A stretch of 57,211 nucleotides of DNA from Gallionella sp. (GCA_036514695.1 DATBWQ010000092.1:1-57211); one strand, 5' to 3'; numbered from the stretch's first letter, positions 1 to 10,934 are shown. A program made the numbers and translations. The notes: generated from the letters alone by a model not told the origin.

Positions 1-402
1 TCGAACAGTGCTCGCCTAAACCTCCGCTCGCTTGCGGCTGATCGAGGCGGCGCACATGGGATGAAAAAGCCAAACCAAAAGAACGGGTGGGCTTTGCCCA
101 CCATGTCGGGCAAAGCCCGACCTACGACCCAACAATCAAAACCGCCGGGGGTAGCCCGGCAGCTAGTCACTTTCTTTTGCTTCGCCAAAAAGAAAGTGAC
201 CCAAGAAAAGGCGACCCCGGTTTGCCGCCCCCTTCGGGGGTTCCCTCAATCAGACACAAACGAGCGGGGCTGCGCAACTCGACCTGGCGGGGCGCACACC
301 CCGCGCCCCACTGCGGGACTCGAACAGTGCTCGCCTAAACCTCCGCTTCCTTGCGGCTGATCGAGGCGGCGCACAGGGGATGGAAAAGCGAAAAACCAAA
401 AC
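1..402 (+). repeat. Long repeat variant A: partial copy 1-~80 and full copy 134-~402, tandem with a REPIN, period 319 nt
   Basis: TCGAACAGTGCTCGCCTAAACCTCC occurs at 1 and 320; 134-402 is near-identical to 51028-51292. Confidence 0.9.
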
Positions 403-411
403 CTTAAAATC

Positions 412-456
412 GTAGGGTGGGCTCTGCCCACCATGTCGGGCAAAGCCCGACCTACA
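412..456. repeat. GTAG-family REP doublet (REPIN); second copy at ~86-126
   Basis: GTAGGGTGGGCTCTGCCCACC...GTCGGGCAAAGCCCGACCTAC. Confidence 0.85.
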
Positions 457-489
457 AAAATCGTGCGCGCAGCGCACACAAAACCGCTT

Positions 490-710
490 TGCTTCTTTTC
501 CCCTGAGCGCCGCCGAGTAGCGCAGGCAGGTCAGGAGGTTTCTGCGAGGACTGTCTGAGCACGCAGTGCGAGTTCCGCAGCAGCCTGACCGGCCGAGCAA
601 CGCAGGGTACCGCGAAGCGGCGGCAAACCGGGGGCGACTTCTTTGGGTTACCTTTCTTGGCAAGACAAGAAAGGTAACTTGCTGCCGGGCAACCCCCGGC
701 GGTTTTGATT
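490..710 (-). repeat. Long repeat variant B, a diverged homologue of A in inverted orientation
   Basis: Reverse complement begins AATCAAAACCGCCGGGGGTTGCCCGGCAGC like A; a similar copy is at ~52180-52414. Confidence 0.9.
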
Positions 711-729
711 TTCAGACAATCTTAACGGC

Positions 730-760
730 GATGGGTATCACTGCGCTCAACCCATCCTAC
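730..760 (-). repeat. GTAG-family REP
   Basis: Reverse complement GTAGGATGGGTTGAGCGCAGTGATACCCATC forms a hairpin. Confidence 0.75.
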
Positions 761-773
761 GCTTGCATCCGGG

Positions 774-1208
774 TTAGGTTGCATCTTTTCCCACCCCAGC
801 AGCCCACAAAATTGGCTTGAACGTAGCAGCGTCATCTTCTGGCAATACGCCAATATCTTTGCGAATCACAAGTAAAAGCGCGGCGAGTAACTTGTCATGT
901 TCCTCTCGGGAACGGCGCTGATTGGAAATGCTGGTCTCACTGCGATACGCGTTGAGCGCCGCAATGACGGGTTGAGGTGCAAATAGCAAAAGGTTGTTTG
1001 TGGTTTTCGCATACAGCCTATGACCCTCCGGCGTTGCATCACCTTCGATGATTCCACTCATGCTTTCAACGAAAGCCTTGTAATACGCGAGCTTCTCTTT
1101 TCGCCATTCAGCCTCTCGCTCTCTGCGTTTCGTGAACCAGTACGTGAGAGATGCAACTACAAGGCTTCCAAAGAACCCAATGATTGCTGTGATGAAAGCG
1201 GCACTCAT
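774..1208 (-). CDS. Hypothetical protein with an N-terminal TM helix; gene-cassette-like
   Basis: 144-aa ORF, more AT-rich than aroC; hydrophobic N-terminus; stop lies in ACCTAAC. Confidence 0.75.
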   Translation of the reverse strand: MSAAFITAIIGFFGSLVVASLTYWFTKRREREAEWRKEKLAYYKAFVESMSGIIEGDATPEGHRLYAKTTNNLLLFAPQPVIAALNAYRSETSISNQRRSREEHDKLLAALLLVIRKDIGVLPEDDAATFKPILWAAGVGKDAT

Positions 1209-1217
1209 GAATGTAAC

Positions 1218-2306
1218 CTATCGCAACTTCGGCGTCGCACACACCACATCCGCATTCTGCCCCCGATTTCGCAACGCGTGATCCATCAGCACCAGCGCCA
1301 GCATCGCCTCCGCAATCGGCGTGGCGCGAATACCGACGCAGGGGTCGTGGCGGCCGTGCATCTCGACCATCACCGGCTCACCTTGCAGATTGATCGAACG
1401 GCGCGGGATGCGGATGCTGGAGGTGGGCTTGACCGCCAGGTGCGCGACGATGTCCTGTCCGGTCGAGATGCCGCCGAGGATGCCGCCGGCATTGTTGGAC
1501 AGGAAACCTTGCGGGGTCAGTTCGTCGCCGTGTTCGCTGCCTTTCTGCATCACACAAGCGAAGCCCGCGCCGATCTCCACGCCCTTCACCGCATTGATGC
1601 TCATCAGCGCGTAGGCGATCTCGGCATCCAGCCGGTCATACACCGGCTCGCCCCACCCGACCGGCACGTTCTCTGCCACCACGGTCAGTTTCGCGCCGAT
1701 GGAATCGCCGGACTTGCGCAGCGCATCCATGTAATCTTCCAGTGCCTGCACCACGCTGGCATCCGGCGCGAAGAACGGGTTGCCGTTCACCGCATCCCAG
1801 CTCTTGAACGGGATCTCGATCTCGCCGATCTGCGTCAGATAGCCGCGCACCACCACACCATAGCGTTCGTGCAGCCACTTCTTCGCGATCGCGCCTGCCG
1901 CCACGCGCACCGCCGTTTCGCGCGCCGAGGCACGCCCGCCGCCGCGATGGTCGCGGAAGCCGTATTTCTGGGTGTAGGTGTAATCGGCATGTCCCGGGCG
2001 AAAAGTGCTGGCGAGGTTGCCGTAATCCTTGCTGCGCTGGTCTTCGTTGCGGATCAGCAGCGCGATCGGCGTGCCGGTGGTCTTGCCTTCGAACACGCCG
2101 GACAGTATCTCCACGGTATCCGATTCGCGCCGCTGCGTGACATGGCGCGAGGTGCCGGGCTTGCGCCGGTCCAGGTCATGCTGGATGTCGGCCTCGCACA
2201 ACGCCAGTCCCGGCGGGCAGCCGTCCACCACGCAGCCGAGCGCCGCGCCGTGCGACTCGCCGAAAGAGGTCACCGTGAACAAAGTGCCGAGTGTGTTTCC
2301 AGACAT
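1218..2306 (-). CDS. aroC: Chorismate synthase
   Basis: GESHG, RPGHADY, RASARET and GRHDPC motifs. Confidence 0.98.
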   Translation of the reverse strand: MSGNTLGTLFTVTSFGESHGAALGCVVDGCPPGLALCEADIQHDLDRRKPGTSRHVTQRRESDTVEILSGVFEGKTTGTPIALLIRNEDQRSKDYGNLASTFRPGHADYTYTQKYGFRDHRGGGRASARETAVRVAAGAIAKKWLHERYGVVVRGYLTQIGEIEIPFKSWDAVNGNPFFAPDASVVQALEDYMDALRKSGDSIGAKLTVVAENVPVGWGEPVYDRLDAEIAYALMSINAVKGVEIGAGFACVMQKGSEHGDELTPQGFLSNNAGGILGGISTGQDIVAHLAVKPTSSIRIPRRSINLQGEPVMVEMHGRHDPCVGIRATPIAEAMLALVLMDHALRNRGQNADVVCATPKLR

Positions 2307-2356
2307 AGACTACCCCACCAGGATGATGCGCAAATGAGGTTGTCAGTTTAACATAG

Positions 2357-2436
2357 CCACCCCAACCCACCCCAGCCCTCCCTTGTCAGGGAGGGAGCCA
2401 GCACCTCCCCTGACAAGGGGAGGCCGGGAGGGGTTA
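2357..2436. repeat. Palindromic C/G-rich repeat (CCCCTTGTCAGGGG family)
   Basis: Related copies at 3484-3583 and 8767-8867. Confidence 0.75.
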
Positions 2437-2483
2437 AGATGCCGAACGGTTCCCACATTACCCAACATCACAGAGAGCACACC

Positions 2484-3485
2484 ATGAAGGCAATTCTGAT
2501 GACCAGCGCTGGCAGTCCCGATGTGCTGGCAATGTACGATGTCGAGAAACCCGAGCTGCCCTCGACGCACCATCTGCGCGTCAAGCTGGCCGCTGCCGGC
2601 GTGAATCCGCTCGATGCCAAGCTGCGCGCCAAGCCTGTTTATTATCCCGGCAAGTTGCCCGCGATACTCGGCTGCGATGGCGCAGGCATCGTCGAAAAGA
2701 TCGGCAGCGCGGTGACGCGCTTCAAGGAAGGCGACAAGGTGTTCTTCTACAACGGCGGCATCGGTGACGAGCCGGGTTGCTACGCCGAATACACTACGGT
2801 GCATGAGGAGTACTGCGCGGCATGCCCGTCCAATATTGGTTTGCAGGACTGCGCCGGTTTGCCGCTGGTGCTGATCACGGCATGGGAAGCGCTGATCGAG
2901 CGCGCCAATCTGCAAGCCGGCCAGACCATTTTGATCCATGGCGGTACCGGCGGCGTGGGGCATATTGCATTGCAACTGGCCAACCATCTCGGTGCGCGAG
3001 TGGCTGTCACGGTCAGCGACGACAAGAAAGAAGGGCTGGCGCAAGGCCTCGAAGCGGAAAAGATCGTCCGCTACAAAGAGATGGATTTCGTGGTGGATGT
3101 GGTGGACTGGACCAAGGACAAGGGAGTAGACGTGGTGCTCGACACAGTGGGCGGAGATACTTTCTTGCGTTCATTCAATGTGGCGCGCATCGGCGGGAAA
3201 ATTGTCACGCTGCTCGCCAACCCGCTTTCCGCCGAAGACGCGCAACTGGCGCGGCTGCGCAATCTGTCGATTTGCTACGAGCTGATGCTCACACCGCAAT
3301 TGATGAAGCAGCACGATGAACGCATCCGCCAGCGCAAGATACTCGAGCAAGGCGCACAACTTGTCGAAGACGGAAAGATCGGCGTGCTGGTCTCCTACGC
3401 GCTGCCGCTGCAAGATGCCGCCGAAGCGCACCGCATCATCGAAAAGGGCAGCGTGTTGGGGAAGATCATTTTGACGATGGAGTAA
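2484..3485 (+). CDS. MDR superfamily NADPH:quinone reductase / zinc-binding alcohol dehydrogenase family protein
   Basis: MKAI start; AAGVNPLD, GCDGAG and HGGTGGVG motifs. Confidence 0.92.
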   Translation: MKAILMTSAGSPDVLAMYDVEKPELPSTHHLRVKLAAAGVNPLDAKLRAKPVYYPGKLPAILGCDGAGIVEKIGSAVTRFKEGDKVFFYNGGIGDEPGCYAEYTTVHEEYCAACPSNIGLQDCAGLPLVLITAWEALIERANLQAGQTILIHGGTGGVGHIALQLANHLGARVAVTVSDDKKEGLAQGLEAEKIVRYKEMDFVVDVVDWTKDKGVDVVLDTVGGDTFLRSFNVARIGGKIVTLLANPLSAEDAQLARLRNLSICYELMLTPQLMKQHDERIRQRKILEQGAQLVEDGKIGVLVSYALPLQDAAEAHRIIEKGSVLGKIILTME

Positions 3486-3583
3486 ACCCCCTCAGTCCCC
3501 CTTGTCAGGGGGAAGCCATGCTCCTCCCCTGGTTCTCCCCCTGATAAGGGGGCTGGGGGGTTGGGGAGGCTGGGAGGGGTTTA
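3484..3583. repeat. Palindromic C/G-rich repeat
   Basis: Inverted, closely similar copy lies inside the CDS at 8767-8867. Confidence 0.8.
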
Positions 3584-3778
3584 ACCCTCCCTATTGCGCA
3601 TGTGATCCGCCACCTTGGCGAACGCGGCAGACAGCTCCTGCCGCAACGCCACATCTTCCACCACTTCGCTAAGCGCCAGATCCATGCACAGCAGCCGCTG
3701 GTTATGCGCGGCGCCGATGCCGAACGGCAGATGGCGGCTGTGCAGCATCGGAGGCCGTATTGCTCCGCATACAACTGA
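3581..3778 (-). pseudogene. Remnant (3' half, frameshifted) of a group II truncated hemoglobin
   Basis: LYAEQYG in one frame continues as PMLHSRHLPFGIG...LLCMDLAL...AFAKVADHMRN in another; no N-terminal half. Confidence 0.7.
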
Positions 3779-3794
3779 TGAAAAGAAACCGGAA

Positions 3795-4949
3795 TTACCA
3801 TTCACGGAACGAGAATCCCAGACCGAAGGTGTTCTGGCGATGGTTATAGTCAAGCAGGCTCTCGCCAAAACCGGAAGTCATCTGTATGTGCATGCGCGCC
3901 GCATTGCCGAATCTTACCGGTGTCGCCCAATCGATCTGCACAAAGCCACGATTAGCTGTCCTGCTTAGATTGTTGCGCAGCAGCATCGCGATGGCTTGCG
4001 TTTTATCCCTGGGCTCCCAGCGTATGACCAGATCGGCACGCCCGAGGTAATCGCTGATGTCTGGGTTGTCGTCTTTCAAAGGATGCTCCGGGATGCGCCG
4101 CCAGCCGCGCACCAGGATGGATGTCATGTCATTCCATTCCCAACCGCCGAGCAGATAGATCCGGTTCCAGCTGCGTGACTCCGGCAAGGGGCGGCCATTC
4201 GATTGATGCAGCCAGCCGAGATTGATGAGTTTCAATCCGGACGCATAGCCTGTGCCGAGGGTGGCGATCAATTCCGGCTCGTATATGGTTTCGCGGAACG
4301 GGGATGAGTTCCGGATGTTGAACACCTGCCAATTGGATTGTTGCGTGTACGCCCCCCACAAGCGGAAGGTTCTTATGCCCAGAAAATCTATATTGCGCTG
4401 GTTGCCTATGTCAGCCTTGAAACTCAACTGAAACTTGGCCTCCACAGCATCGATGTCATTGGGCGCAAGCGTATTATGATCGACCAGCGGCGAGCTGGGC
4501 TGGCGGTTGGGATTGCCGGTTTTCTTCACCAGCAGGTAGCTTTGCCGGTATGGCTGGAGCCGTCCCAATTTGCTCGGGTCCCGGCTGGACAGGTCATCCA
4601 GGTTCCACACCCTGGTCAGATACGAACGCTCGGCGTTGCGTGTTGCAGCGGCAGCGGGGATAGCACTTGCTTCAGCCTCCTCGTCGGAAACGATGTTTTC
4701 CTGGGGTGCAGGTGCAAGCGCGGACGCGGGAGCAGTCAACTGGTCGTAGCATTTCAGGCGCCCGGCATCATCGCCGGGATATTTTTGAGCGCATGGCAAG
4801 AAAATATCGCTTCCGGCATAGGCCGATTGGACAAGCACCAGGCAGAACAGAGCTGACCGCACAGCATCACTCGATATCAGAATATTGCGGTTTATGTTTA
4901 AGGCTATTTTCAAAGGCACCTCTGATAACCCGTATCTGCGAGCATCCAC
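3795..4949 (-). CDS. pldA: Outer membrane phospholipase A (start uncertain)
   Basis: KFQLSFK, SSPFRETIYEPE and HQSNG...SRSWNR motifs. Confidence 0.93.
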   Translation of the reverse strand: MDARRYGLSEVPLKIALNINRNILISSDAVRSALFCLVLVQSAYAGSDIFLPCAQKYPGDDAGRLKCYDQLTAPASALAPAPQENIVSDEEAEASAIPAAAATRNAERSYLTRVWNLDDLSSRDPSKLGRLQPYRQSYLLVKKTGNPNRQPSSPLVDHNTLAPNDIDAVEAKFQLSFKADIGNQRNIDFLGIRTFRLWGAYTQQSNWQVFNIRNSSPFRETIYEPELIATLGTGYASGLKLINLGWLHQSNGRPLPESRSWNRIYLLGGWEWNDMTSILVRGWRRIPEHPLKDDNPDISDYLGRADLVIRWEPRDKTQAIAMLLRNNLSRTANRGFVQIDWATPVRFGNAARMHIQMTSGFGESLLDYNHRQNTFGLGFSFREW

Positions 4950-4959
4950 AGCGCCAACC

Positions 4960-5910
4960 TTATTTCAACCACCCTTTGTGCTGAAACAGCAAGAACGGCA
5001 GCACAACGGACAAGGCCATCAGCGACAGAGCGAACAGGTAGCCGTGCTCCCATTCCAGCTCAGGCATGAACTTGAAGTTCATCCCGTAAATCGACGCGAT
5101 CAGGGTGGGCGGCAGCAACGCCACCGCAGCCACCGAGAACAGGCGCACGACCTTGTTCTGGTTGACGTTGATGAAACCGACGGTGGTATTCATCAGGAAG
5201 TTGATCTTGTCGAACAGGAAAGCGGTATGGCCATCCAGCGAATCGATGTCCTGCATGATCTGGCGCGCGTCATCAAGCTGGTCAGGCTTGAGCAATTTGC
5301 TGCGCATCAAAAACGAGATTGCGCGGCGCGTGTCCATCAGGTTACGGCGTATGCGTCCGTTCAGGTATTCGCTGTGAGCGATCTTTGCCAGCACCGTGCC
5401 CGCCTCCTTGTCGCCCAGCGTGGTATTGAGCACCTTGTTGCCGATGCTGCCGAGGTCGACATACACCTCTTCCAGAGTATCGGCGGAAAACTCCACATCG
5501 GAATCATACAGATCGATCAACACGTCCAGACTGTCTTCGACCAGATTGGGCTGTCCCTGGGTGCGCTGGCGAAACAACTGGAACAACGGCAAATCCTGAT
5601 CATGCACGCTGAACAACACATTCCGCGAGAGTACGAAAGCGACGATCACGCTGAGCGTTCCGATTTCCTTGCCGTGCAAAAAATCAGAGCGCACATGCAG
5701 CTCCTCGTTCTCCTCGTAGAATCGCGCGCTCGCCTCTATGTCGCGCAAATGTTCGGGGTGCGGCAGCGTGATCGCAAATGTAGCGGTCACCCAGGCGCGC
5801 TCTTCTTCACTGGGCGCGATGATGTCCACCCAGATCGGTTTCCGGGTGGCGATCTCATCCGGCCGGATGCTGACCAATCGGCCGTGGTCCAAGGTAAAGA
5901 TATTCAGCAT
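4960..5910 (-). CDS. corA: Magnesium/cobalt transporter CorA
   Basis: YGMNF..MPEL motif, two C-terminal TM helices. Confidence 0.96.
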   Translation of the reverse strand: MLNIFTLDHGRLVSIRPDEIATRKPIWVDIIAPSEEERAWVTATFAITLPHPEHLRDIEASARFYEENEELHVRSDFLHGKEIGTLSVIVAFVLSRNVLFSVHDQDLPLFQLFRQRTQGQPNLVEDSLDVLIDLYDSDVEFSADTLEEVYVDLGSIGNKVLNTTLGDKEAGTVLAKIAHSEYLNGRIRRNLMDTRRAISFLMRSKLLKPDQLDDARQIMQDIDSLDGHTAFLFDKINFLMNTTVGFINVNQNKVVRLFSVAAVALLPPTLIASIYGMNFKFMPELEWEHGYLFALSLMALSVVLPFLLFQHKGWLK

Positions 5911-5930
5911 GCATTCGCTCCTGTTGAAAC

Positions 5931-6056
5931 TATTGAGGATTACATATTTGAAGACAGAGTCTCCGCATCTCGTAGGTCGGGCTACGCCCGACGCGGCGGG
6001 CAAAGCCCGCCCTACGGTAAATCACCTAACAGTCATGAATTATGTAAAGCTCAATA
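5931..6056. mobile_element. MITE with imperfect terminal inverted repeats, flanking TA and an internal REPIN
   Basis: TATTGAGGATTACATA...TATGTAAAGCTCAATA; second copy at 14087-14212 differs at 2 positions. Confidence 0.85.
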
Positions 6057-6249
6057 ATAGCCATTCGACCATGCGATAGCCAAGCCTGTCCTGAGCCTGT
6101 CGAAGGATCGCTGGTTATGTTGCGGATGTTCGATGGGCGGCATTATCCATAAAACGGCGGGTTAAAACCACGGAATACACCGGATACACGGAAAAGACCA
6201 TATCTGCCCAAGCCCAAATCGGCTGTAGTTCGTGGCTTGAGCCTTTCTG

Positions 6250-6807
6250 CTATTCACCCGCCACTGGACTTAACGGGAATCGCGCCAACACCCGATAACC
6301 AGCCAGGCCGTCCTGATTCACGGATTGCACCAGTGCGAAGTCGTTTATCTGCCAGCGTACCGGAAGCATCTCGGGTAATGGTGCATCTGTCCAGCGGGCG
6401 TTGCGCAATAGCGTGACATGCGGTTTGTAGGCCCGGATATCGAATTTGAAGCGATGCCTGATCAGGTTTTGCTCCAGCGCGCCGGCCAGTTGCGTCAACT
6501 GTTGCGGCAAGTGACTGGGCGCGGCATACACGATGTGATTATGCCCCCAGTAGCGCGCGTCATCGAAACACAGCTCGAAACTCTCCCCGCTCACCTCCTG
6601 CGCCGCCAATTGCAGCGCCTCAAGTCTGGACTGATCGATATCGCCGATGAACACCAGCGTGTTATGCAAGGTCTCGCCGCGCATCGCGCGGCCGCCGCAC
6701 AATCTTTTCAGCGGTGTCTGCCACGCGGCCAGATGACTGCGTTCTGCGGCGTTCGGCCACAGCGCAAAAAATACCCGCGCGGTCGGATGATCGGTTCGAT
6801 GGCTCAT
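6250..6807 (-). CDS. thpR: RNA 2',3'-cyclic phosphodiesterase (2H family)
   Basis: RVFFAL plus two HxT motifs (HNTLVFIG, PHVTLLR). Confidence 0.93.
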   Translation of the reverse strand: MSHRTDHPTARVFFALWPNAAERSHLAAWQTPLKRLCGGRAMRGETLHNTLVFIGDIDQSRLEALQLAAQEVSGESFELCFDDARYWGHNHIVYAAPSHLPQQLTQLAGALEQNLIRHRFKFDIRAYKPHVTLLRNARWTDAPLPEMLPVRWQINDFALVQSVNQDGLAGYRVLARFPLSPVAGE

Positions 6808-6896
6808 AGGACTGTCATTTTATCCTCATCTTTATCATGGTCGAGTGGTGCGCCGCATTCGGGTAAAATGCGCACCTTGTCGAGCCTGAGAACATC

Positions 6897-9800
6897 ATGA
6901 CCACACGTTTGCGCGAAATCCCTTATAACTACACTTCGTTTTCCGACCGCGAGATCGTGTTGCGCATACTCGGCAGCGAGGCGTGGGACATCATCAACAC
7001 GCTGCGCGCGGAGCGCCGCACCGGCCGTTCGGCGCAGATGCTTTACGAAGTGCTGGGCGATATCTGGGTGGTGTCGCGCAACCCCTATCTGCAGGATGAC
7101 CTGCTGGGCAATCGCAAACGGCGCGCCGCATTGATCGGTGCGCTACACCATCGGTTGAACGCGATCGATGAGCGCCGCCAGGCGAATGAAGCCGTTGAGC
7201 GGTTGCTCGGACTGGCCCGGACAGCAGTCGATCAATTCTCTGCCGAATTCGAGCAGACCCTGCAATTGCGCAAACGGGTGTTGCGCGTACTGGGCCGCAT
7301 CACGCGCCGCGACAACATCCAGTTCGATGGCCTTGCGCGAGTTTCGCATGTGACTGATGCCACCGACTGGCGCGTTGAATATCCGTTCGTGGTGCTGCAC
7401 CCGGATACTGAAGCGGAAATCGCGCCGCTGGTGCGCGCGTGCATCGAACTCGGGCTGACCATCATCCCTCGCGGCGGCGGCACCGGTTACACCGGCGGCT
7501 CGGTGCCGCTGGATAAATCCTCGGCAGTGATCAACACCGAAAAACTCGAGACACTTTCGGCGGCGGAGCATCTTGTTCTGCCCGGTTTGAACAAGCCCTA
7601 TGCCACCATTCATTGCGGCGCAGGCGTCGTGACACGACGGGTGATGGACGCGGCGGAAGCCAGCGGTCTGGTGTTCGCGGTGGACCCCACCTCGGCGGAT
7701 GCCTCGTGCATCGGCGGCAACGTGGCAATGAACGCCGGCGGCAAGAAAGCGGTACTGTGGGGCACTGCGCTGGACAACCTCGCTTCCTGGCGCATGGTCA
7801 CACCCGACGGTCTGTGGATGGAAGTCGAGCGGCTGCATCACAACCTCGGCAAGATCCATGACGTCGCGGCAGCCAGCTTCCGCATCAGCCGCTTCCATGA
7901 GAACGGCAAGACTCCGGCCGGTGAGCCGGAAATCCTGACCATCCCCGGCACTGCGTTCCGCAAGACCGGACTGGGCAAGGATGTCACCGACAAATTCCTG
8001 TCCGGCCTGCCCGGCATCCAGAAGGAAGGCTGTGACGGCATCATCACCTCTGCACGCTTCATCCTGCACCGCGCACCCAAACACACGCGCACCGTGTGCC
8101 TGGAATTTTTCGGGCAGGTGCGCGAAGCGGTGCCGGCCATCATCGAGATCACCGAACTATTCAACAACCGTAGCGTTCACCCTTCACCCTTCACCCTTCA
8201 CCCTTCTCCTGTTTTTTTGGCCGGGCTGGAGCATCTCGACGAACGCTATCTCAAGGCGGTTGGCTACGCCACCAAGTCCAAGCGCGGCACACGACCGAAG
8301 ATGGTGCTGGTCGCCGACGTGGTGAGCGACGACGCGGACGCAGCCGCAGCCGCCGCTTCGAAGGTCGTGCACTTGGCCAACCTTCGCGGTGGAGAGGGTT
8401 TCATCGCCGTGTCCGCTGAGGCGCGCAAGAAATTCTGGCTGGACCGCGCGCGCACCGCCGCGATCGCCAAACACACCAACGCGTTCAAGATCAACGAGGA
8501 CGTGGTGATCCCGCTGCCGCGCATGGGCGATTACTGCGATGGCGTGGAGCGCATCAACATCGAACTGTCGCTGCACAACAAGCTCAAGCTGCTGGACGCG
8601 CTGGATGAATTCTTCGCCGGTGAACTGCCGCTGTATTACCAGGATGACAAACAACTCGGCGATGCGGAACTGCTGGGTAATCGCGCGGACGAAGCCAGGC
8701 AATTGCTGGCAGAGGTGCGGAAGCGCTGGCAGTGGCTGAACGATAATCTGGATGCGCCGCTGGCGCAAACCCCTCCCGGCCTCCCCAACCCCCCAGCCCC
8801 CTTATCAGGGGGAGAACCAGGGGAAGAGTCTAGCTTCCCCCCTGACAAGGGGGGATTGAGGGGGGTTACGGTTTTCGACGCAGTCCAGCGCCACCAACTG
8901 CGCGCCTCCTGGAAACGCGAGGTGCGCGATGTGCTGCGCCAGATATTCTCCGGAAGCACCTATCAGCCCATCCTCGATCAGTGCAATGCCATCCATCAGA
9001 GCGTGCTGAAAAGCCGCGTATTCGTCGCGCTGCACATGCATGCCGGCGACGGCAACGTGCATACCAACATCCCGGTGAACTCTGACGACTACGAAATGCT
9101 GCAACAGGCCAATGCTGCGGTGAACCGCATCATGCAACTGGCGAAAGACCTGGGCGGGGTGATCTCCGGCGAACATGGCATCGGTATCACCAAATTCGAT
9201 TTTCTTGAAGCAGATGAGATCGCCGCGTTCACCGCTTACAAAAAACAGATCGATCCTGAGGGTCACTTCAATAAAGGCAAGCTGCTGACCGGCGGAAATC
9301 TGGAGCGCGCTTACACGCCCAGCTTCAACCTGATGGAACTGGAAAGCCTGATCCTGGAGAAGAGCGAGCTGGGCGAAATCTCCGATTCGATCAAGGACTG
9401 CCTGCGCTGCGGCAAATGCAAACCGGTATGCAACACCCACGTGCCGCGCGCCAATCTGCTGTATTCGCCGCGCAACAAGATCCTTGCCACTTCGCTGCTG
9501 ATCGAGGCGTTTTTGTATGAAGAGCAGACCAGACGAGGTGTTTCCATCCAGCACTTCGACGAGTTCGGCGATGTCGCCGATCACTGCACGATATGCCACA
9601 AGTGCCTGAATCCGTGCCCGGTGGACATCGACTTCGGCGATGTGTCGATCGGCATGCGCAACTTCCTGCGCAAGCAGGGCAAGAAGAAATTCAACCCGGT
9701 CACCGCGGCCTCTATGCTGTTCCTCAATGCCACCGACCCGGCCACGATCAAACTGGTGCGCAAGGTGATGATAGAGTGGGGCTACAAGGGGCAGCGCATC

Positions 9801-10805
9801 GGCTATCAGTTGGCCAGACGATTTGGTTTGCTGAAAGGGCAGACCACACGACCGCCTGCCACTGCAGGCGGCGCGCCGTTGAAATCGCAGGTGATCCATT
9901 TCATCAACAAGCCTATGCCCGGCAACCTGCCGAAGAAGACCTCGCGCGCCCTGCTCGATATCGAAGACGACAATGTCGTGCCCATCATTCGCAATCCGCG
10001 CAAATTGAACGAGGACAGCGAAGCGGTGTTCTACTTCCCCGGCTGCGGCTCGGAGCGGTTGTTCGGGCAAGTCGGGCTGGCGACGCAGGCGATGCTGTAT
10101 GAGACCGGTGCGATCACCGTGCTGCCGCCGGGCTATCTGTGCTGCGGCTATCCTCAAAATGCCTCCGGGCAGGCCGACAAGGCCAACCAGATCACCACCG
10201 ACAATCGCGTGTTGTTCCATCGCGTCGCAAACACGCTGAACTATCTCGACATCAAGACGGTGATCGTGTCGTGCGGGACCTGCATGGATCAATTGCTGAA
10301 ATACCAATTTGACAAGATTTTCCCGGGATGCCGCCTGCTCGACATCCATGAGTATCTACTAGAGAAGAACGTCAAGCTTCAGGGAGCAGAAGGAATACGG
10401 TACATGTATCACGACCCTTGCCACTCGCCGATGAAGACCCATCAGCCGCTTAAAGTGGTGAGCGAACTGATGGGCACAGACGTGCCGCTCAACGAGCGCT
10501 GTTGCGGCGAAGCCGGCAGCTTCGGCGTGGCGCTGCCGCACATAGCCACCCAGGTACGTTTCCGCAAGGAGGAAGAAATGCGCAAGGGTGCGGACGCACT
10601 GCGCGCCGACGGCTTCAACGGCGAGGTAAAGATACTGACATCCTGCCCGGCCTGCCATCAGGGGTTGTCCCGCTATAACGATGACAGCGGCACCACGTCT
10701 GAATACATCGTAATTGAAATGGCCAGGCACCTACTCGGAGAAAATTGGCTGGCGGACTATGTCGCCAAAGCGAATAATGGCAGTATAGAGCGGGTGTTGC
10801 TGTAG
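6897..10805 (+). CDS. Large FAD-linked oxidase / Fe-S oxidoreductase (GlcD-GlcF-like fusion)
   Basis: [22 protein letters not shown], two CxxCxxCxxxC motifs and CCG domains. Confidence 0.92.
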   Translation: MTTRLREIPYNYTSFSDREIVLRILGSEAWDIINTLRAERRTGRSAQMLYEVLGDIWVVSRNPYLQDDLLGNRKRRAALIGALHHRLNAIDERRQANEAVERLLGLARTAVDQFSAEFEQTLQLRKRVLRVLGRITRRDNIQFDGLARVSHVTDATDWRVEYPFVVLHPDTEAEIAPLVRACIELGLTIIPRGGGTGYTGGSVPLDKSSAVINTEKLETLSAAEHLVLPGLNKPYATIHCGAGVVTRRVMDAAEASGLVFAVDPTSADASCIGGNVAMNAGGKKAVLWGTALDNLASWRMVTPDGLWMEVERLHHNLGKIHDVAAASFRISRFHENGKTPAGEPEILTIPGTAFRKTGLGKDVTDKFLSGLPGIQKEGCDGIITSARFILHRAPKHTRTVCLEFFGQVREAVPAIIEITELFNNRSVHPSPFTLHPSPVFLAGLEHLDERYLKAVGYATKSKRGTRPKMVLVADVVSDDADAAAAAASKVVHLANLRGGEGFIAVSAEARKKFWLDRARTAAIAKHTNAFKINEDVVIPLPRMGDYCDGVERINIELSLHNKLKLLDALDEFFAGELPLYYQDDKQLGDAELLGNRADEARQLLAEVRKRWQWLNDNLDAPLAQTPPGLPNPPAPLSGGEPGEESSFPPDKGGLRGVTVFDAVQRHQLRASWKREVRDVLRQIFSGSTYQPILDQCNAIHQSVLKSRVFVALHMHAGDGNVHTNIPVNSDDYEMLQQANAAVNRIMQLAKDLGGVISGEHGIGITKFDFLEADEIAAFTAYKKQIDPEGHFNKGKLLTGGNLERAYTPSFNLMELESLILEKSELGEISDSIKDCLRCGKCKPVCNTHVPRANLLYSPRNKILATSLLIEAFLYEEQTRRGVSIQHFDEFGDVADHCTICHKCLNPCPVDIDFGDVSIGMRNFLRKQGKKKFNPVTAASMLFLNATDPATIKLVRKVMIEWGYKGQRIGYQLARRFGLLKGQTTRPPATAGGAPLKSQVIHFINKPMPGNLPKKTSRALLDIEDDNVVPIIRNPRKLNEDSEAVFYFPGCGSERLFGQVGLATQAMLYETGAITVLPPGYLCCGYPQNASGQADKANQITTDNRVLFHRVANTLNYLDIKTVIVSCGTCMDQLLKYQFDKIFPGCRLLDIHEYLLEKNVKLQGAEGIRYMYHDPCHSPMKTHQPLKVVSELMGTDVPLNERCCGEAGSFGVALPHIATQVRFRKEEEMRKGADALRADGFNGEVKILTSCPACHQGLSRYNDDSGTTSEYIVIEMARHLLGENWLADYVAKANNGSIERVLL

Positions 10806-10922
10806 GATTGAGGATCGTGGATTGAGGATTGAGAGAAAAACTAAAAGCGGCGTAGCGGATTTTCCTCAATCCTCAATCCTCAATCCTCAATCCTCAATCC
10901 ACGATCCTCAATCCTCAATCCC
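10805..10922. repeat. Inverted heptamer tandem arrays (GGATTGA)n ... (TCAATCC)n
   Basis: Seen directly in the sequence. Confidence 0.9.
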
Positions 10923-10934
10923 GAATTATCAACC

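Noticed and set aside
61..820. ORFs 61..360, 87..338, 250..663, 566..820 and their counterparts near 50834-51346 and 52071-52401
   Set aside because: They are translations of the non-coding A/B repeats.
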